Shown here piece after piece: positions 29,812 to 45,049 of a stretch of DNA of 64,000 nucleotides. Position numbers and translations under genes: made by a program. The notes beneath the pieces are model-generated. The model was not told the origin of the DNA. It saw only the letters and a program-made list of their open reading frames with translations, and did no database searches. This DNA comes from the human T2T-CHM13v2.0 reference genome, Homo sapiens. The DNA lies in NCBI RefSeq assembly GCF_009914755.1, contig NC_060925.1; one strand, 5' to 3'. The stretch's first letter is position 1. Each line of letters opens with the position of its first letter.

Positions 29812-30229
29812 TTTGTGTCCCCAGCCCAAACTCATCTGTGGAAGCCCCAACCCTCAATGTGAGGATGGCATAGGAGGTGGGGCCTTGGGGAGATAATTAG
29901 GTCATCAAGGTGGAGCCCTCACTGATGGGATTAGGGCCACTGTAAAATGGACTCCAGAGAGCTGCCTCACCCCTTCCATCACATGAGGTTGCAACCACAA
30001 GACTGCACTCTACAGCCCAGAAGAGGACCCTCACCAGACCCCAGCCCTGCTGACACCTTCATCTTGAACTTTCAGCCTCCAGACTGTGATCAAAAATTCT
30101 ATTGTCTACAAATTGCTCAGTCTCTGGTGTTTTGTCATAGCAGCTTGAAGTGACTGAGACAAATGTCCTCACTTGAGGATGAGGCATCAGCATTATCATG
30201 GAAGGACTACCAATGATCATGGTGACTTT

Positions 30230-30950
30230 TTTTCTTCTTTATTTCTTTAAACTGACAAAAATTGTATATATGGTGTACAAGGTACTGTTTTGAAATATGT
30301 ATTGTGTTGGGAATATGGATTGGGGAATGGCTAAATCAAGCTAATTAACATAGACATTACCTCACATATTTATTTGTGGTGAGAACACCTAAAATCTACT
30401 CTCTTAGCAATTTTCATGTACTACATTGCTGTGAATTATAGTCATTGTGTTGTACATTAGATGTCTTGAACTGACTCCTCCTGTGTCAGCGTGCCCTAGC
30501 CCCCTCCTGTGCCCTTTAGTCAGCGTCTCTGGCCCCCAGATCCTGGTGACCATCATTCCACTCTCTGCTTTATGATATCAACCTCTTTAGATTCCGCATA
30601 GAAGTGAGATTATGCAGTGTTTGTCTTTCCATATCTGGCTAATTTCACTTAACGTAATGTTCTCATTTCACCCCTGTTGTCACAAATGAGGGAATTTCAT
30701 TATGTTTTAAGGCCGGAATAGTATTTCATTGTACATATGTACCATATTTTCTTTACTCATTCATCCGACAATGGATACTTAGGTTAACTCCATGTCTTGG
30801 TTATTGTAAATGGTGCTGCAGTGAACATGGTGCAGATCTCTCTTCTGGATACGGATTTCATTTCCTTTAGATATATCCCCAGCAGTGGGGTTGCTATATC
30901 GTTTGGGAATTCTATTTTGAATTTAATAATGTTTTCCATAATAACTGTAC
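30230..30950 (-). mobile_element. Old L1 3' fragment (L1M-type)
   Basis: TTTAGATTCCGCATAGAAGTGAGATTATGCAG...GTGCTGCAGTGAACATGG...AGTGGGGTTGCT. Confidence 0.8.
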
Positions 30951-31025
30951 TATCACGGTGATTTTGAAGATCAATATATCTCCACAGGGTAGACAGCTAC
31001 ACCATCATTAAAAAAAGAGAACAGT

Positions 31026-31850
<825 letters not shown>

Positions 31851-32189
31851 CAAAGGTGCTTCCAACAATCAGGGTGATCCTAAAATGACAGAGCAGCGTT
31901 TTGAAAATACCTCCCCGGGGCTGCAATGTGACCATTTGAGCACTAAAAACAACCATACAAATGGTTAATTAGAACATGCCCCATTTATAAAAGGAGGAAA
32001 GTTAACATACACGTTTCTAATAAGACAACAAAAGGATGGAAATAACATTGTGTTGAATTTTTGTTGATTTTGTTAAAAAGGAGCGCGTTGACACATAGGG
32101 GGATTTTGTTTCTTTAAGTTCATGTCTGTTTATATAAAGTTTAGGTCTGGGTGTGTGTGTGTACCTGTGTAAGCAGGAAAGAGTAAACA

Positions 32190-33260
32190 AAATCGAGAGC
32201 CCGGGACAAATGCACTTAAGAAGGGGCGACGGGAGGGCCAGGCTCGCCGGGCTGAGTGCTGAGGAGGGGGCGCGTCCCACCCATGCAAGCCCGGAACAAA
32301 GGCGCCTGTCACTCGTCACTCTCCACGCGGGCTGGCTCTGGAAAGCCCAAAGGAAAAAACCCTCACTTTCAGGAAGAATAAGCCTCAGCCCATGTATCTA
32401 GGGAACACGTGATGCTGCAAGAAACCAGTGACTTAACGCGTGTAAAAGCAGGAGAGCGTCAGAGGTTCTGACCCCGGGGGAGGAGCAGACCCGCGGCAGC
32501 GTGCGGAGACTTAGCGGGCGGAATCTGCCACCAACGCAACCTGGCCCAGAGGTTTTGAACTGACCAACTGGGAGACGTCCCCGAGCTTGAATAAGGGCCT
32601 CAAAAGCTTAGCGTTTTATGCAGAGTCGCAACCACCCAGCGCTGGGAACCTGAGCCTGCACAACCCACTAGAAAGCACCCGTGACCGTCCCCTGCGCCCG
32701 TTATCCCTGCGCCCCGCACCCCTGTATCCCCGGCTTCTCTGCAGCTGTACACCCTGCACTGCGGCGCCCCCCAGTCCCGCTGTCCGCTCCATCGCGCAGG
32801 TCTCCAAAACGAATCCCGGCTTGGAGGGGCTCAGCGGCCCTGGGCCTGTGCGCCGTTGCGGCCGGGAGGGTCATTTTCATGCCTAAGGACCCGCCCCTTG
32901 CACGCAACCTCGGGTAGCCAGCCGGAAACGGCGTCCCGGGCTCCAAAGGACATCTCTTTTTACATTTCAGCAAAACAGCCGCACACCTTCTCCCCAGATG
33001 GCCTCTGTGCAGCCTGAAAATGCCCGCTCCCTCCAAGTCCCTGGGCAATTGCTGGGACGCATCTCAGAGACTGCGCGGGGCGGAGAAGGGGTATGTGTTT
33101 GGGCCACTAATTTGATTTTCTTGGAAACTTTCTTCCAGTCCAAACCGGAGTCAGCTCCTCTCACCCTTGTAGAAAAGCATCCCGTGGGGGCGGGGCGGGG
33201 TGGGTTGGGGCCCAGCGTTGGGGGGTTGGGGGGGCGGTCAACACACCACCCTCCCGCCCT
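32190..33260. promoter_or_regulatory. CpG island with no recognisable gene
   Basis: CpG-dense unique sequence; GC-box cluster GGGGCGGGGCGGG at ~33187. Confidence 0.6.
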
Positions 33261-33818
33261 TTGTTAAGCTATTGAAGTTCAATTTCATTCCTTCTCCGTC
33301 TTCCATTGACCAGAGAGGAAAGGAATCCTTTGAATTTTTTTTTTAAGTTCATCAAATATCCATTTAGCATCTACTATGTGCCAGGCATAGCTGTTAGTAC
33401 TTGGGGTGAACGCATCAGATGAAAACATGCCTCCCTGGAGCTTGCAATTTAGTGGAGGAGGAGGTGAGAGTAAACGTGAGGTGATGGCACGGTGTTGGAG
33501 GGGTGTTCACTATAGGCAGAGGGCGCCAGGAGGCCGGTGGTCGCGTAGGACAGGGAAGGCTGCAGTTGGAGAGCAAACCTGGAGGAGCAGCCGCGGTAAG
33601 GCCCAGAGTGCGAAGACGCCGCGTCTAAGGGCAGCAGAGGGGACCTGGAACTGGAGGGTTGGAAGAAGGGTGGTCACAGGCAAGCAGAAGGGGGCCTCAG
33701 AAAGACTGGACCTTGTTTTGAGTTTTTGGAGGAACCTCCGTCCTATTTTCCGTGATGGCTGCACCAGTTTACATTCCCCTCAACAGCGTGCGAAGGGTCC
33801 CTTTTCTCCACATCGTGA

Positions 33819-34076
<258 letters not shown>

Positions 34077-35083
34077 TGATTTTTAAAAATTTTTTGTACA
34101 GACGGAGTCTTCCTATGTTGCCCAGGCTGGTCTCCAAAGCCTGGGCTCTAGCAATCCTCCCACCTTAGGCTCTGGGATTAGAGGCATGAGCCACCCTACC
34201 GACCCTCCTAGATTAGTAATGTTGAACACCTATTCATATGCCTGTTGGCCATATGTATGCCTTCTTGGGAGAAATGCCTATTTAGGTCCTTTGTCTATTT
34301 TTAAAGTTAGGTTATTTGGTTCTTGTTTTGGTTTTGTTTTTTGCTAATAAGTTGTAGGAGCTCTTATATATTTTGGGTATTAACCCCTTACCAGATGTTT
34401 GGTTTGCAAATGTTTTCACCCATCCATAGGTTGCCTTTTAATTTTGTTGATCCAGCCATCTCACTTCTGAGTATGCCCAATGGAAATAAAATCACTGTCA
34501 TAAAGAGATACTTGCACTCCCATGTTAATTACAGCACTATTCATAATAGCTGAGATACAGAAACAACCTAAATGTCCATCAGTGAATGAATAAAGAAAAC
34601 GTGGTATAGATATTAGTGTTACATGCTATACTACACTATAATAATGAAAATTATTCAGGTCTAAAAAAGAAGGAAACCATGTCAACAACATGGATGAACC
34701 CAGAGGACATTATGCTAAGTGAAATAAGCCAGGCACAGAAAGACAAATAATACTGCATGAGCCAACTTATATATGGAATCTAAAAAAGTCAGGGGCTGGG
34801 TGAGGAGGAGTACAAAGCTTCAGCTATAAGATAAGTAGTTCTGGAGACCTGAAGCACAGCATGGAGACTCTGGTTAATAACATATCATGGACATAAAATT
34901 TACTGAGTAGATCTTACATGTTGTCACCGCACACACAGACACATGCACACACACACAGGTAACCACATGAGGTGATGTGTGTGTTAATTGATTTGACTGT
35001 GGTAATCATTTCACCACGTGACATGTACCAAGACATCATGCTGTGCACCTTGAATATGTACGAGCTTTATTTGTAGATCATAC

Positions 35084-36260
35084 TGTCAGAGGCATTTGAG
35101 TTAGAGCAACTCCATCTTGAATAGGGGCTGGGTAAAATAAGGCTGAGACCTGCTGGACTGCATTCCCAGGAGGTTAGGCATTCTAAGTTACAGGATGAGA
35201 TAGGAGGTCGGCACAAGATATAGGTCACAAAGACCTTGCTAATGAAACAGCACGCGGTAAAGAAGGCAGCCAAATCCCACCAAAACCAAGATGGCGACTA
35301 ATGTGACCTCTGGTCGTCCTCACTGCTCATTATAATACATTAATTATCATTAATTATAAGTAAAAGATACTCCCAACAGCATCATGACAATTTACAAATG
35401 CCATGGAAACATCAGGAAGTTACCCTATATGGTCTATAAAGGGAAGGAACCCTCAGGTCCAAGAATTGCTCACCCCTTTCCTGGGAAACGCATGAATAAT
35501 TCACCCCTTGTTTAGCATATAATCAAGAAATGACCATAAAAGTGGCCAACCAGTAGCCCTCAGAGCTGCTCTGCCTATGGAGTAGCCATTCTTTTATCCC
35601 TTCACTTTCTTCCTTTTTTTTTTAATGGTGAAAATATATGCATATATTTAGAATTAGCCAGCTGGACTCAGTTTAGATGATCCCAATTTTGTTGGTAACA
35701 TCCAAAGCACTGTAATCAGGAGCCAGTTGAACATATGCTCTCCATCAGGCTGATCAGGGTGTTGACCTTGGCCACATTAATGTCACAGAGCTTCTTCACA
35801 GCCTGTTTGATCTGGTGCTTCTTGGCTTTAACATCCACAGTGATCACAAGTGTGTTGCTGTCTTCTATCTTCTTCATGGCAGACTCAGTGGTTAGTGGAA
35901 ACTTGATGATAGCACAGTGGTCAAGCTTGTTGGGGACAATTTGCCCAGGATATTTGGGCTGCCTCCGGAGTCACAGTGTCTTGGGCCACCAGAAGGTGGG
36001 TGACATGCGGATCTTCTTTTTTTGTGTGTGGCTATGGACACCTTTCAACACTGCCTTCTTGGCCTTCAAAGCCTTTGCTTTGGCTTCGGCTTTAGGAAGG
36101 GCAGGAGTTTCCTTCTTCGCTTTCAGTGCCATCTTGTGAAAAGCTCCTTTACTTTCTTAATAAACTTGCTTTCACTTTATGGATTTGCCCTGAATTCTTT
36201 CTTGTATGAGATCCAAGAACCCTCTCTTGGGGTCTGGATCGAGACCCCTTTCCGGTAACA
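35084..36260 (+). mobile_element. MER41-family solo LTR split by the RPL23A retrocopy
   Basis: TGTCAGAGGCATTTGAG...CCGGTAACA; collinear with the 29212 copy once 35612-36158 is removed. Confidence 0.88.
35612..36144 (-). pseudogene. RPL23AP15: Processed pseudogene of ribosomal protein L23a (probably RPL23AP15)
   Basis: Intronless. ATG at 36132 ([31 protein letters not shown]...), ends NKIGII-TAA at 35673. Span is 460 nt against ~471 expected, so frame-disrupted. Poly(A) at 35614-35623 and a ~14-bp TSD. The number in the symbol is from memory. Confidence 0.9.
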
Positions 36261-36448
36261 GTACCTCAATAAAGCTGGGAAAAAATAAAAAGGGACCAGT
36301 AAAGCATTCTCAACAACAAAGAGCGTGGGGCTTTTCTTTGTAGGGCCCTGTGAGGCCTCTGGGGGTTTTCCAAGAAGCAAGGGCTTTGAGACTGTGTGGG
36401 TAAAGCTCCTGGGGCTGGAAATGTGATAGTTTTATAACTGTGATGATA

Positions 36449-36730
36449 GGGCCAGGCACAATGGCTCATGCCTGTAATTGGGAGGCCAAGGCGGGAGGAA
36501 TGCATGAGCACAGGTGTTGGAGACCAGCCTGGGCAATATGGTGAAACCACTGTCTCTACAAAATACAAAAAACTACCCAGGTTTGGGGAGCCTGCCTGTA
36601 GTCCCAGCTACTCAGGAGGCTGAGGTGGGAGGATTGCTTGAGGTTGAGACAGCAGTGAGCTGTGATTGTTGCCACTGCACTGCACTCCAGTCTCGGCAAC
36701 AAATTGAGACGCTGTCTCGAAAAAAAAAAT
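36449..36730 (+). mobile_element. Old Alu (AluJ-like)
   Basis: Diverged dimer with TGTGATGAT flanking duplication. Confidence 0.8.
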
Positions 36731-37344
36731 GTGATGATGGCAAGTCTATCATGCACAAGCATGCTGCCCCGCACACCTTCAGGGACGGTCCCACTGGTTG
36801 TAGTGATCCACTGTGCAGGTGTCCTTGAGAATGCAGCCAGGCGGGGTTTCTCCTGCCTTCCCAGAGCTCGGCTTGTGGCGGGAGTGACGTGACAGTCACC
36901 CACTCAGTGCCACGAAGGGAGGTAAAGTGGTGATTGGATGGAAAGCAGTGTGTCTGGGCTCCCTTGCCTTGGGGTCACCTCCAACAGCTGCTGTGCCCGG
37001 AGGACTCGTGAAAAGTCACCTTGAAGCTACAGGTCGTGGCATGGAAGGGCTCACAGACAATTTTAGAGTAAGAGTGTCACACCTACACTAGGTGAGTCAA
37101 CTTACCCCTCTCCACCCCTCCATCCTGGGTGCACGTGTCCATAGGTGTTGTCTCTCTCTGCTGTCAGACTTTTCCCAGGATAAAGTCCTACTTACGAAGA
37201 CCAGGCCTCAGGTGCGAGAGCAAGAGTGCCGGGCAATGGCACGCAGGTGTGGCCACTGAGACACAGGATGTCCTGGCCACGCTGCAGAGAAAGGTGGGCT
37301 GGAATGGTGATCCCAACGGGAGTGCCTCAAATGAGCCAGGCCTG

Positions 37345-37853
37345 TTTAGCGTATCCTGAATATTCAGTGCCTATTGTATACTTAGCGTTGTCCTGAATAT
37401 TTAGTGCCTCTTGCATATCTAGTCATCCTAGATACCTAAGCCTCATGTTTATTTATCTTAATATTTAGTGCCTCTTGTATACTTAGGGATCATTAACATC
37501 TAACACGTACTGCATCTTGTATCTATAGTGGTCATAAGTATTCAGTACCTCTCATAAATTTAGCAATCCTGAATATTTAGTGCTTCTTGTATAGTCAGTG
37601 ATCATGAATATTTAGTGCGTCTTGTACACCTAGTCACCATGAATATTTATGTGCACTTTGTATACCTAGTGATCATGAACACTTAGTGCCTCTCATACAT
37701 TTATCAATCCTGGATTTTCAACGTCTCTAATATATTTAGTGATCCTGAATATTTAGTGCTTCTTGTATATTTTGTGATCATTAGTATTTAGTTCCTCCTA
37801 TGCGTTTAGTGATCCTGAATATTTAGTGTCTCTGGTATATATATGTGTGTGTG

Positions 37854-37900
<47 letters not shown>

Positions 37901-38412
37901 TTTTTTTTTGAGATTGAGTCTCGCTCTGTCACCCGGGCTGGAGTGCAGTGGCATGATCTCTGCTCACTGCAAGCTCTGCCCGCCGGGTTCATGCCATTCT
38001 CCTGCCTCAGCCTTCTGAGTAGCTGGGACTACAGGTACCCACCAGCACACCTGGCTAATTTTTTTGTATTTTTAATAGAGATGGGGTTTCACCGTGTTCG
38101 CCAGGATGGCACGATCTCGATCTGCTGACCTCGTGACCCGCCCGCCTCGGCCTCCCAAAGTGCTAGGATTACAGGTGTGAGCCACCGCCCCGGCCTATTT
38201 CGTGATCATTAATATTTATATCCTCCTATGTATTTAGTGATCCTGAATATTTAGTGTCTCTGGTATATTTTATGACTATGAATACTTAGTGCCTTTCTGT
38301 TGTATATTTAATGATCATGCATATTAAGTGGTGCTTATATACTTAGCAATCATCAATGTTTAGTGCCCTGAGGCCTTCTGTTTACTCACTGTCTCCTGCA
38401 TATTCAGTATTT
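37345..38412. repeat. AT-rich degenerate 35-bp tandem array interrupted by a (TA)n-tailed Alu
   Basis: Unit GTGATCCTGAATATTTAGTGCCTCTTGTATATTTA; GTGATC at 37739, 37774 and 37809. Confidence 0.88.
37900..38195 (-). mobile_element. AluY-like element with adjacent (TA)n/(TG)n microsatellite (37837-37895)
   Basis: CACTGCAAGCTC...CCATTCTCCTG...CGATCTCGATCT diagnostic motifs. Confidence 0.88.
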
Positions 38413-39053
38413 TGGTCCCGCAACCGCCTCTGCCTTTGAGGCCCACAAGCTCTACTTATGACTTACCTCTGGATCTTGTACTCCAGCCTCCAGAGCTGCG
38501 AGCCCTAAACCCTGTTGTCTGTAACTTTCCCAGGCTGTGGTATTTTGTTACAGCAGCCTGCATGGGCAACTTTCGTTTGTCTATTTTACTTAACTGAGTG
38601 ACCAAAGAAGGATGGAGCCATTCCTGGGCTGGGGATGACTGGGGGAAGTCTCAGTGTTCGGTTGGGGCTGGGGCATGGAGAACCTTCTGTGGGATTCTCT
38701 GCAGGGTGAAGTCAGGCCCCTTGAACAGGTGCAAGTATCAAGAGGGTGAGTATTAGCCTGGAGCTCTGGGAAATGTCCACAGTCCATGGTTTGTGGTCAC
38801 TCAAGTCGTGGTTTGGATGAGCTCATGGGAAAAAGGAAGTGTCAGGGTGGAGGCCGCAGGACCTGTGGTGAGTGGTGAGAGGTACCCCCCGCCCTGGCAC
38901 ACACGGTCTTGGAGCTGTCCCTCAGCACACCACACCAGGTTGGCCTGCTGACTTGCTGTGACTCCCAGCGTGCGGCCTGAGGTACAGTGAGCAGCTTCCA
39001 GGCGAGGCCCCAGGGGGCCTTGGCCCCACCACCAACCCACTGCTGAGTCACTG

Positions 39054-39322
39054 GTGACCCCTCCTAACCCTCCCTGACCTACCAGCTGACCCCTCCTGAC
39101 CCTTTGGGTGACCCCTCATGCCTCCTCCCTGACCCAACCCTGACCCCTCCTGACCTTCCACTGACCCCTTCCTGACTCACCAGCTAACCCATCCCTGACC
39201 TTCTGGCTGACCCCCCCGACCCATCAGCTGACTCATCCCTGATCCCTCCTGACCCTCCACTGACCCTTCCCTGACTCACCAGCTGAACCCCTCCCTGAAC
39301 CCTCCTGACCCTCCACTGGCCC
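39054..39322. repeat. C-rich CTGACCC-based low-complexity array
   Basis: About 20 CTGAC/CTAAC cores at 9-15 nt spacing. Confidence 0.85.
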
Positions 39323-40634
39323 TCAGTGGGTGGCGAATGTCCAGGAGCCAGGTCTAGCCTGTTCACCAGACACCTGCTGTCCAGGAAGCCTGGCTCCCAC
39401 CCCGGCCCCACAGGCCCACCAGCCACAATGCTTTGGGCTGGTTTGTTATCTTGGCAGGAGACACCTAGAAGGGCCTGGCCAGCAGGTGACCAGCAGGGCC
39501 CACTCAGGGCCATGGGTGGGCTGAGAGCACAGCCCACTGGGCAACAAAGGTGGCCTGGGGCCCAAAGGCAGCTCCACGAGGGGTGGCTGCTGGGTCCAGG
39601 GTCTGGAAGCCAGGTGTTGCCATGGACTTGGCATCCCCAGCCGCCTGCACAGAAGCAGCTGCCACCAGGCAGTGGTGGGACAGATGTGGCCAGCATCCCA
39701 CTGCCCCTGACACTTGGTGAGCGGCATGCAGGAAACTAGAGACTCTTCCAGGCAGGCCCAAGACCTGCTCTGGTGATCAGAGTCGGGGCCTCTGTGGGAC
39801 AGGATAACACACAGACAGGGACAATGAGGACGAGTTCAGCACGACCCACACTGGACAGGGGTCAGAGCAGATACCCAAAACTGCTTCCCTGAAGGACTGG
39901 CATCACAAACGCTTCAATGCAGCATCTCAGGAGAGGAAGAAATTGCAGGGAAGAGGGTGGTTGTTTTTTTTGTTTCGTTTTCGTTTTTCAATTGGAAGAC
40001 TCGAGCATTTTGGTGTTGAGCATGTGGGAACTGACCAGCTGGGGCTGGGGAGAGACCCACAGTCAGGAGAGAGGAGGAGAGGGATGCGGGACAAAGCTGA
40101 GCCAAGCCGAGAGTTCTGCAAAACTGCAAGCTCTCTCTGTGGGTTACTCCTGAGGCTGGCTTCAGCTGCATTCTCCTCCTGGGACATATCTCCTTTTCTC
40201 TTCCTCCTCCATAAAGTGCCTGCCCATAGGGATGTGTGAAGTGTGATGAGCAAACTTCCAGTGAAGGTGGGTGCATGTTGGGAATGCAGCGGGCGGGGAA
40301 TGCAACAGGCAGGGAAAAGTCACGATGCATCCACAGGACAGACAGCCAGCCCTGCAGAGATGAGTTGCCCACAGCCACCAAGAGGGCCCTCTTCTCTCCA
40401 CAAGGTCCCCAAGTGATGGCTGCTGCTGCACCAAGGGCAGTCCCTGCTCCCCCTCTTTATACCTGGGGTAGGCCAGTGGCATCCTGAAAAGCACTAGGAT
40501 GGGCCTCTCTCCTCTTGGGCATCTGGTCTACCCTCCTCATAGCCCTTCTGGGACCCCAGGCTTTCTTGCCTTTCCTTCTTGTTCTCCTGGTTACGGTGAT
40601 GATTTGCTACACATTCGTGTATTAGGTTCAGATT

Positions 40635-41190
40635 TTTAAAAAAATCGAGCGGTGAAAATCACATGACACACAATGTACCATTTTAAAGTACACAATTCAG
40701 GTGCATTTAGTACATTCACAATGTTGTGCAGTTACCACCTTTGTCTAGTTCCAGACCATCCTCATCACCCCTAAAGGAAGACCTGTCCCCACTAGGCAGG
40801 CACTCCTCTCCTCCAGCCCCTGGCAGCCACCAGTCTGCCTTCAGTCCCTGTGGATTTGCCTGTTTTGGACATTTCGTATCAGTGGACTCAGACAATCTGT
40901 GGCCTTTGTATCTGGCTTATCTCACTGAGCATGCTGTCAAGGTTCACCCTGTAGTAGCATGTCAGTGCTTCATTCCTTTTGAATGACTGAATAATATTTC
41001 ATTGTAATTGGATAGATCCCAATCTGCCTACCCATTCCTCAGTTGATGGACATTTGGGTTGTTTCTACCTTCTGTATTTCATGAAGAATGCTGCCATGAG
41101 CATTTGTGTACATGTTTGTGAATAAATGTGTATTTTCATTTCTCTTGGGTATGTATACCTAGGACTGGAATTGCACGGCCATACGGTGAT
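40635..41190 (-). mobile_element. Old L1 3' fragment (L1MB-like)
   Basis: TTTAAAGTACACAATTCAG...GTTGATGGACATTTGGGTTGTTTC...ATACCTAGGACTGGAATTGC. Confidence 0.8.
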
Positions 41191-41217
41191 ATCTTCTTTA
41201 TGCGAGAGTCTAATGAA

Positions 41218-41855
<638 letters not shown>

Positions 41856-41946
41856 CTAATGAGTTTTCTCTTACCAAAGCAGGCAGCACTGGATAATTTA
41901 CTACATTTCTGAATCAGATAACCCGATAAAGAACCAGATCTTAGAC

Positions 41947-42125
41947 CAGAGCTGTCCAGTGCAACTTTCTGTGATGCTGGAAACATTCTGTATCTGTGCT
42001 AACATGGCATCCACTGGCTACATGTGGTTAGGGTGACTGAGGAACTACATCTTTGTATTAAATTTTAATTATCTGAAAATTAAATAGCTTGTGTGGCTCG
42101 TTACTGTCTGTGAAACACCATAGCC
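41947..42125. mobile_element. hAT-type MITE (MER3-like)
   Basis: CAGAGCTGTCCAGTGCAACTTTCTGTGATGCTGGAAACATTCTGTATCTG resembles the MER3 start from memory. Confidence 0.55.
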
Positions 42126-43855
42126 TCAGAGATAACAAATGCAGTGCTACCCCAAAGTAGCCCTCCCACCACGCTGCCTCCCCCTTCACCCCATTTGAGC
42201 ACCTTTTACAAAATCTGGAAATCCATGGTGATAGTTGAAACACCTAAGTCCCCAGACCCTGCAAAAACCTTAAATACCACTAAAGGGTATTTGAAGAGAT
42301 AGAGTGACCTACATAGATATAAATACATAAAGATAAATTTCAACTGAAAATGAAGGCTTTCACAAGAAAAATAATGAAAAGATCTCTGGAAGGCTACACC
42401 CTCTCCTGGCCAGTCCTTGCAGTTTTGTTTTACTGAAATGGTGCCCACTCGTGATACACACTGTGAATATTGTGCTGTTTAGATCCACACTGTTGGAGCA
42501 GCTGCTTACCAATTTTTGGTTCAAATAGTTTCATAGCACTGGGATATTTTCTAAAGACATGCAGATTTGTGGTTAGCTGGTGTCCAGGAAGCCCTGACTT
42601 GAGTAGACCCAATTTTAGTAGGGTAAATATAAATTATATAATATTCCTGAATAATTTTACTGGCCTGTATTTATTATTACAATAAATACTTAATAATTGC
42701 TAATTACCCTGATCTGATAATAAATGTATTCAAAGTATCACTATGTACCCCATATAATATGCAATTGTTAGGTGTCAATTAACTAAATACTAGCACTTTG
42801 GGGATTAAAGAAAAAATAAAAACAAAGTAGGAATTATCCATATTTTGAGAAATAGATTAATGAAAACTGTACAGATAACAACAGAAGAATAACACTTTCT
42901 GAGCTCTGATTTTGTGGCAAACATTTTTTAAGGGATTATCGTGGATTAAATCAATGAACCTCTCTCCTCCAGGATTTAGGGGCTATTAACACAGCCATTT
43001 CAGTTAATTTGCCTGGAGGTCTCCGACGCTCTTAAACCCTCCATTTTATAAGGAAAAATGTAGTTACAAACCGTTATTTTCCTAAAGTCCACATGTATCA
43101 TCATTCATCTGGTTCTAACAATACTCATTTTAAATTTGCTTAACTCGCAAATTTAGTTTTCCTTTTCAAAAACAGTGTACAAATTATTTTGTTCTCCAAT
43201 TTTAGCAATCAATTTAAGGGGATCTTTGATTAATGTTTGACCAACCCGAATTAAACAAACTAAATTCCTTTAAATAATTATCCTATTCCAAATTAAGTCT
43301 TCTTAAAAGGTTTATACCTTTCAGCATCTACTAATCTGGTTCCTTTTAAGTACTGAAACTTTCCTCATGACCTTTAGAATTCCCAGCCAAATAAATTAAA
43401 TCTTAACACTGGTGGAGCTCACATTGTTAAAACTTAGCAATTTAAATAGAAATCCATAGACTTACTCTTCAGAATTAAAGTGCAAACTACTTAGAGATCA
43501 TAAATACTTTTAATATCAGATAAATCATTAAGAAATTGCATTCTGTACTTGATGACCACACGGGAACCTTGCTAGAGTCAAGAGAACTTGTCACTAGTAA
43601 TTATGAAGACACCTTTACGGTGAGCGTTATTAAAACCCTACTAGAGGTTTTGGGTGGGACTCAAGAGCAAGGGGTGGCCACCTGTGGACGAGGGTTCCCT
43701 GTTGTTAACAGAACACGTTGCCCACCTCGCAAGTATGCAGCCCAATCAGTCCCCAGGGTCTCGGTTCCCGTTGCGCCCTTCCCCATGGCCACTGCGCTCA
43801 TTCATGAGCCTAGGGTGATCAGGCCTCCGGCCTATAAAGAACTGCAGGATCAGTG

Positions 43856-43896
43856 CGGCTCTTTTCTCGAGATAGTAGGTGGCTCTGAAAAGAGCC
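43856..43896 (-). terminator. Histone stem-loop and HDE of H2AW
   Basis: GGCTCTTTTCAGAGCC (43896-43881), ACCTA, then GAAAAGAGCCG. Confidence 0.95.
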
Positions 43897-43936
43897 TTTA
43901 TGTCCATCAAAGGGGCCCCGGGGGCGGCGGGCGGCC

Positions 43937-45022
<1,086 letters not shown>

Positions 45023-45049
45023 GGCGTTCCTCGGCGTCCTGAACCCAAA

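Noticed and set aside
38590-40500. Unique GC-rich stretch with several 100-170 aa ORFs, considered as a decayed TRIM or other gene
   Set aside because: No domain or consistent exon structure that I can recognise; a translated homology search is needed.
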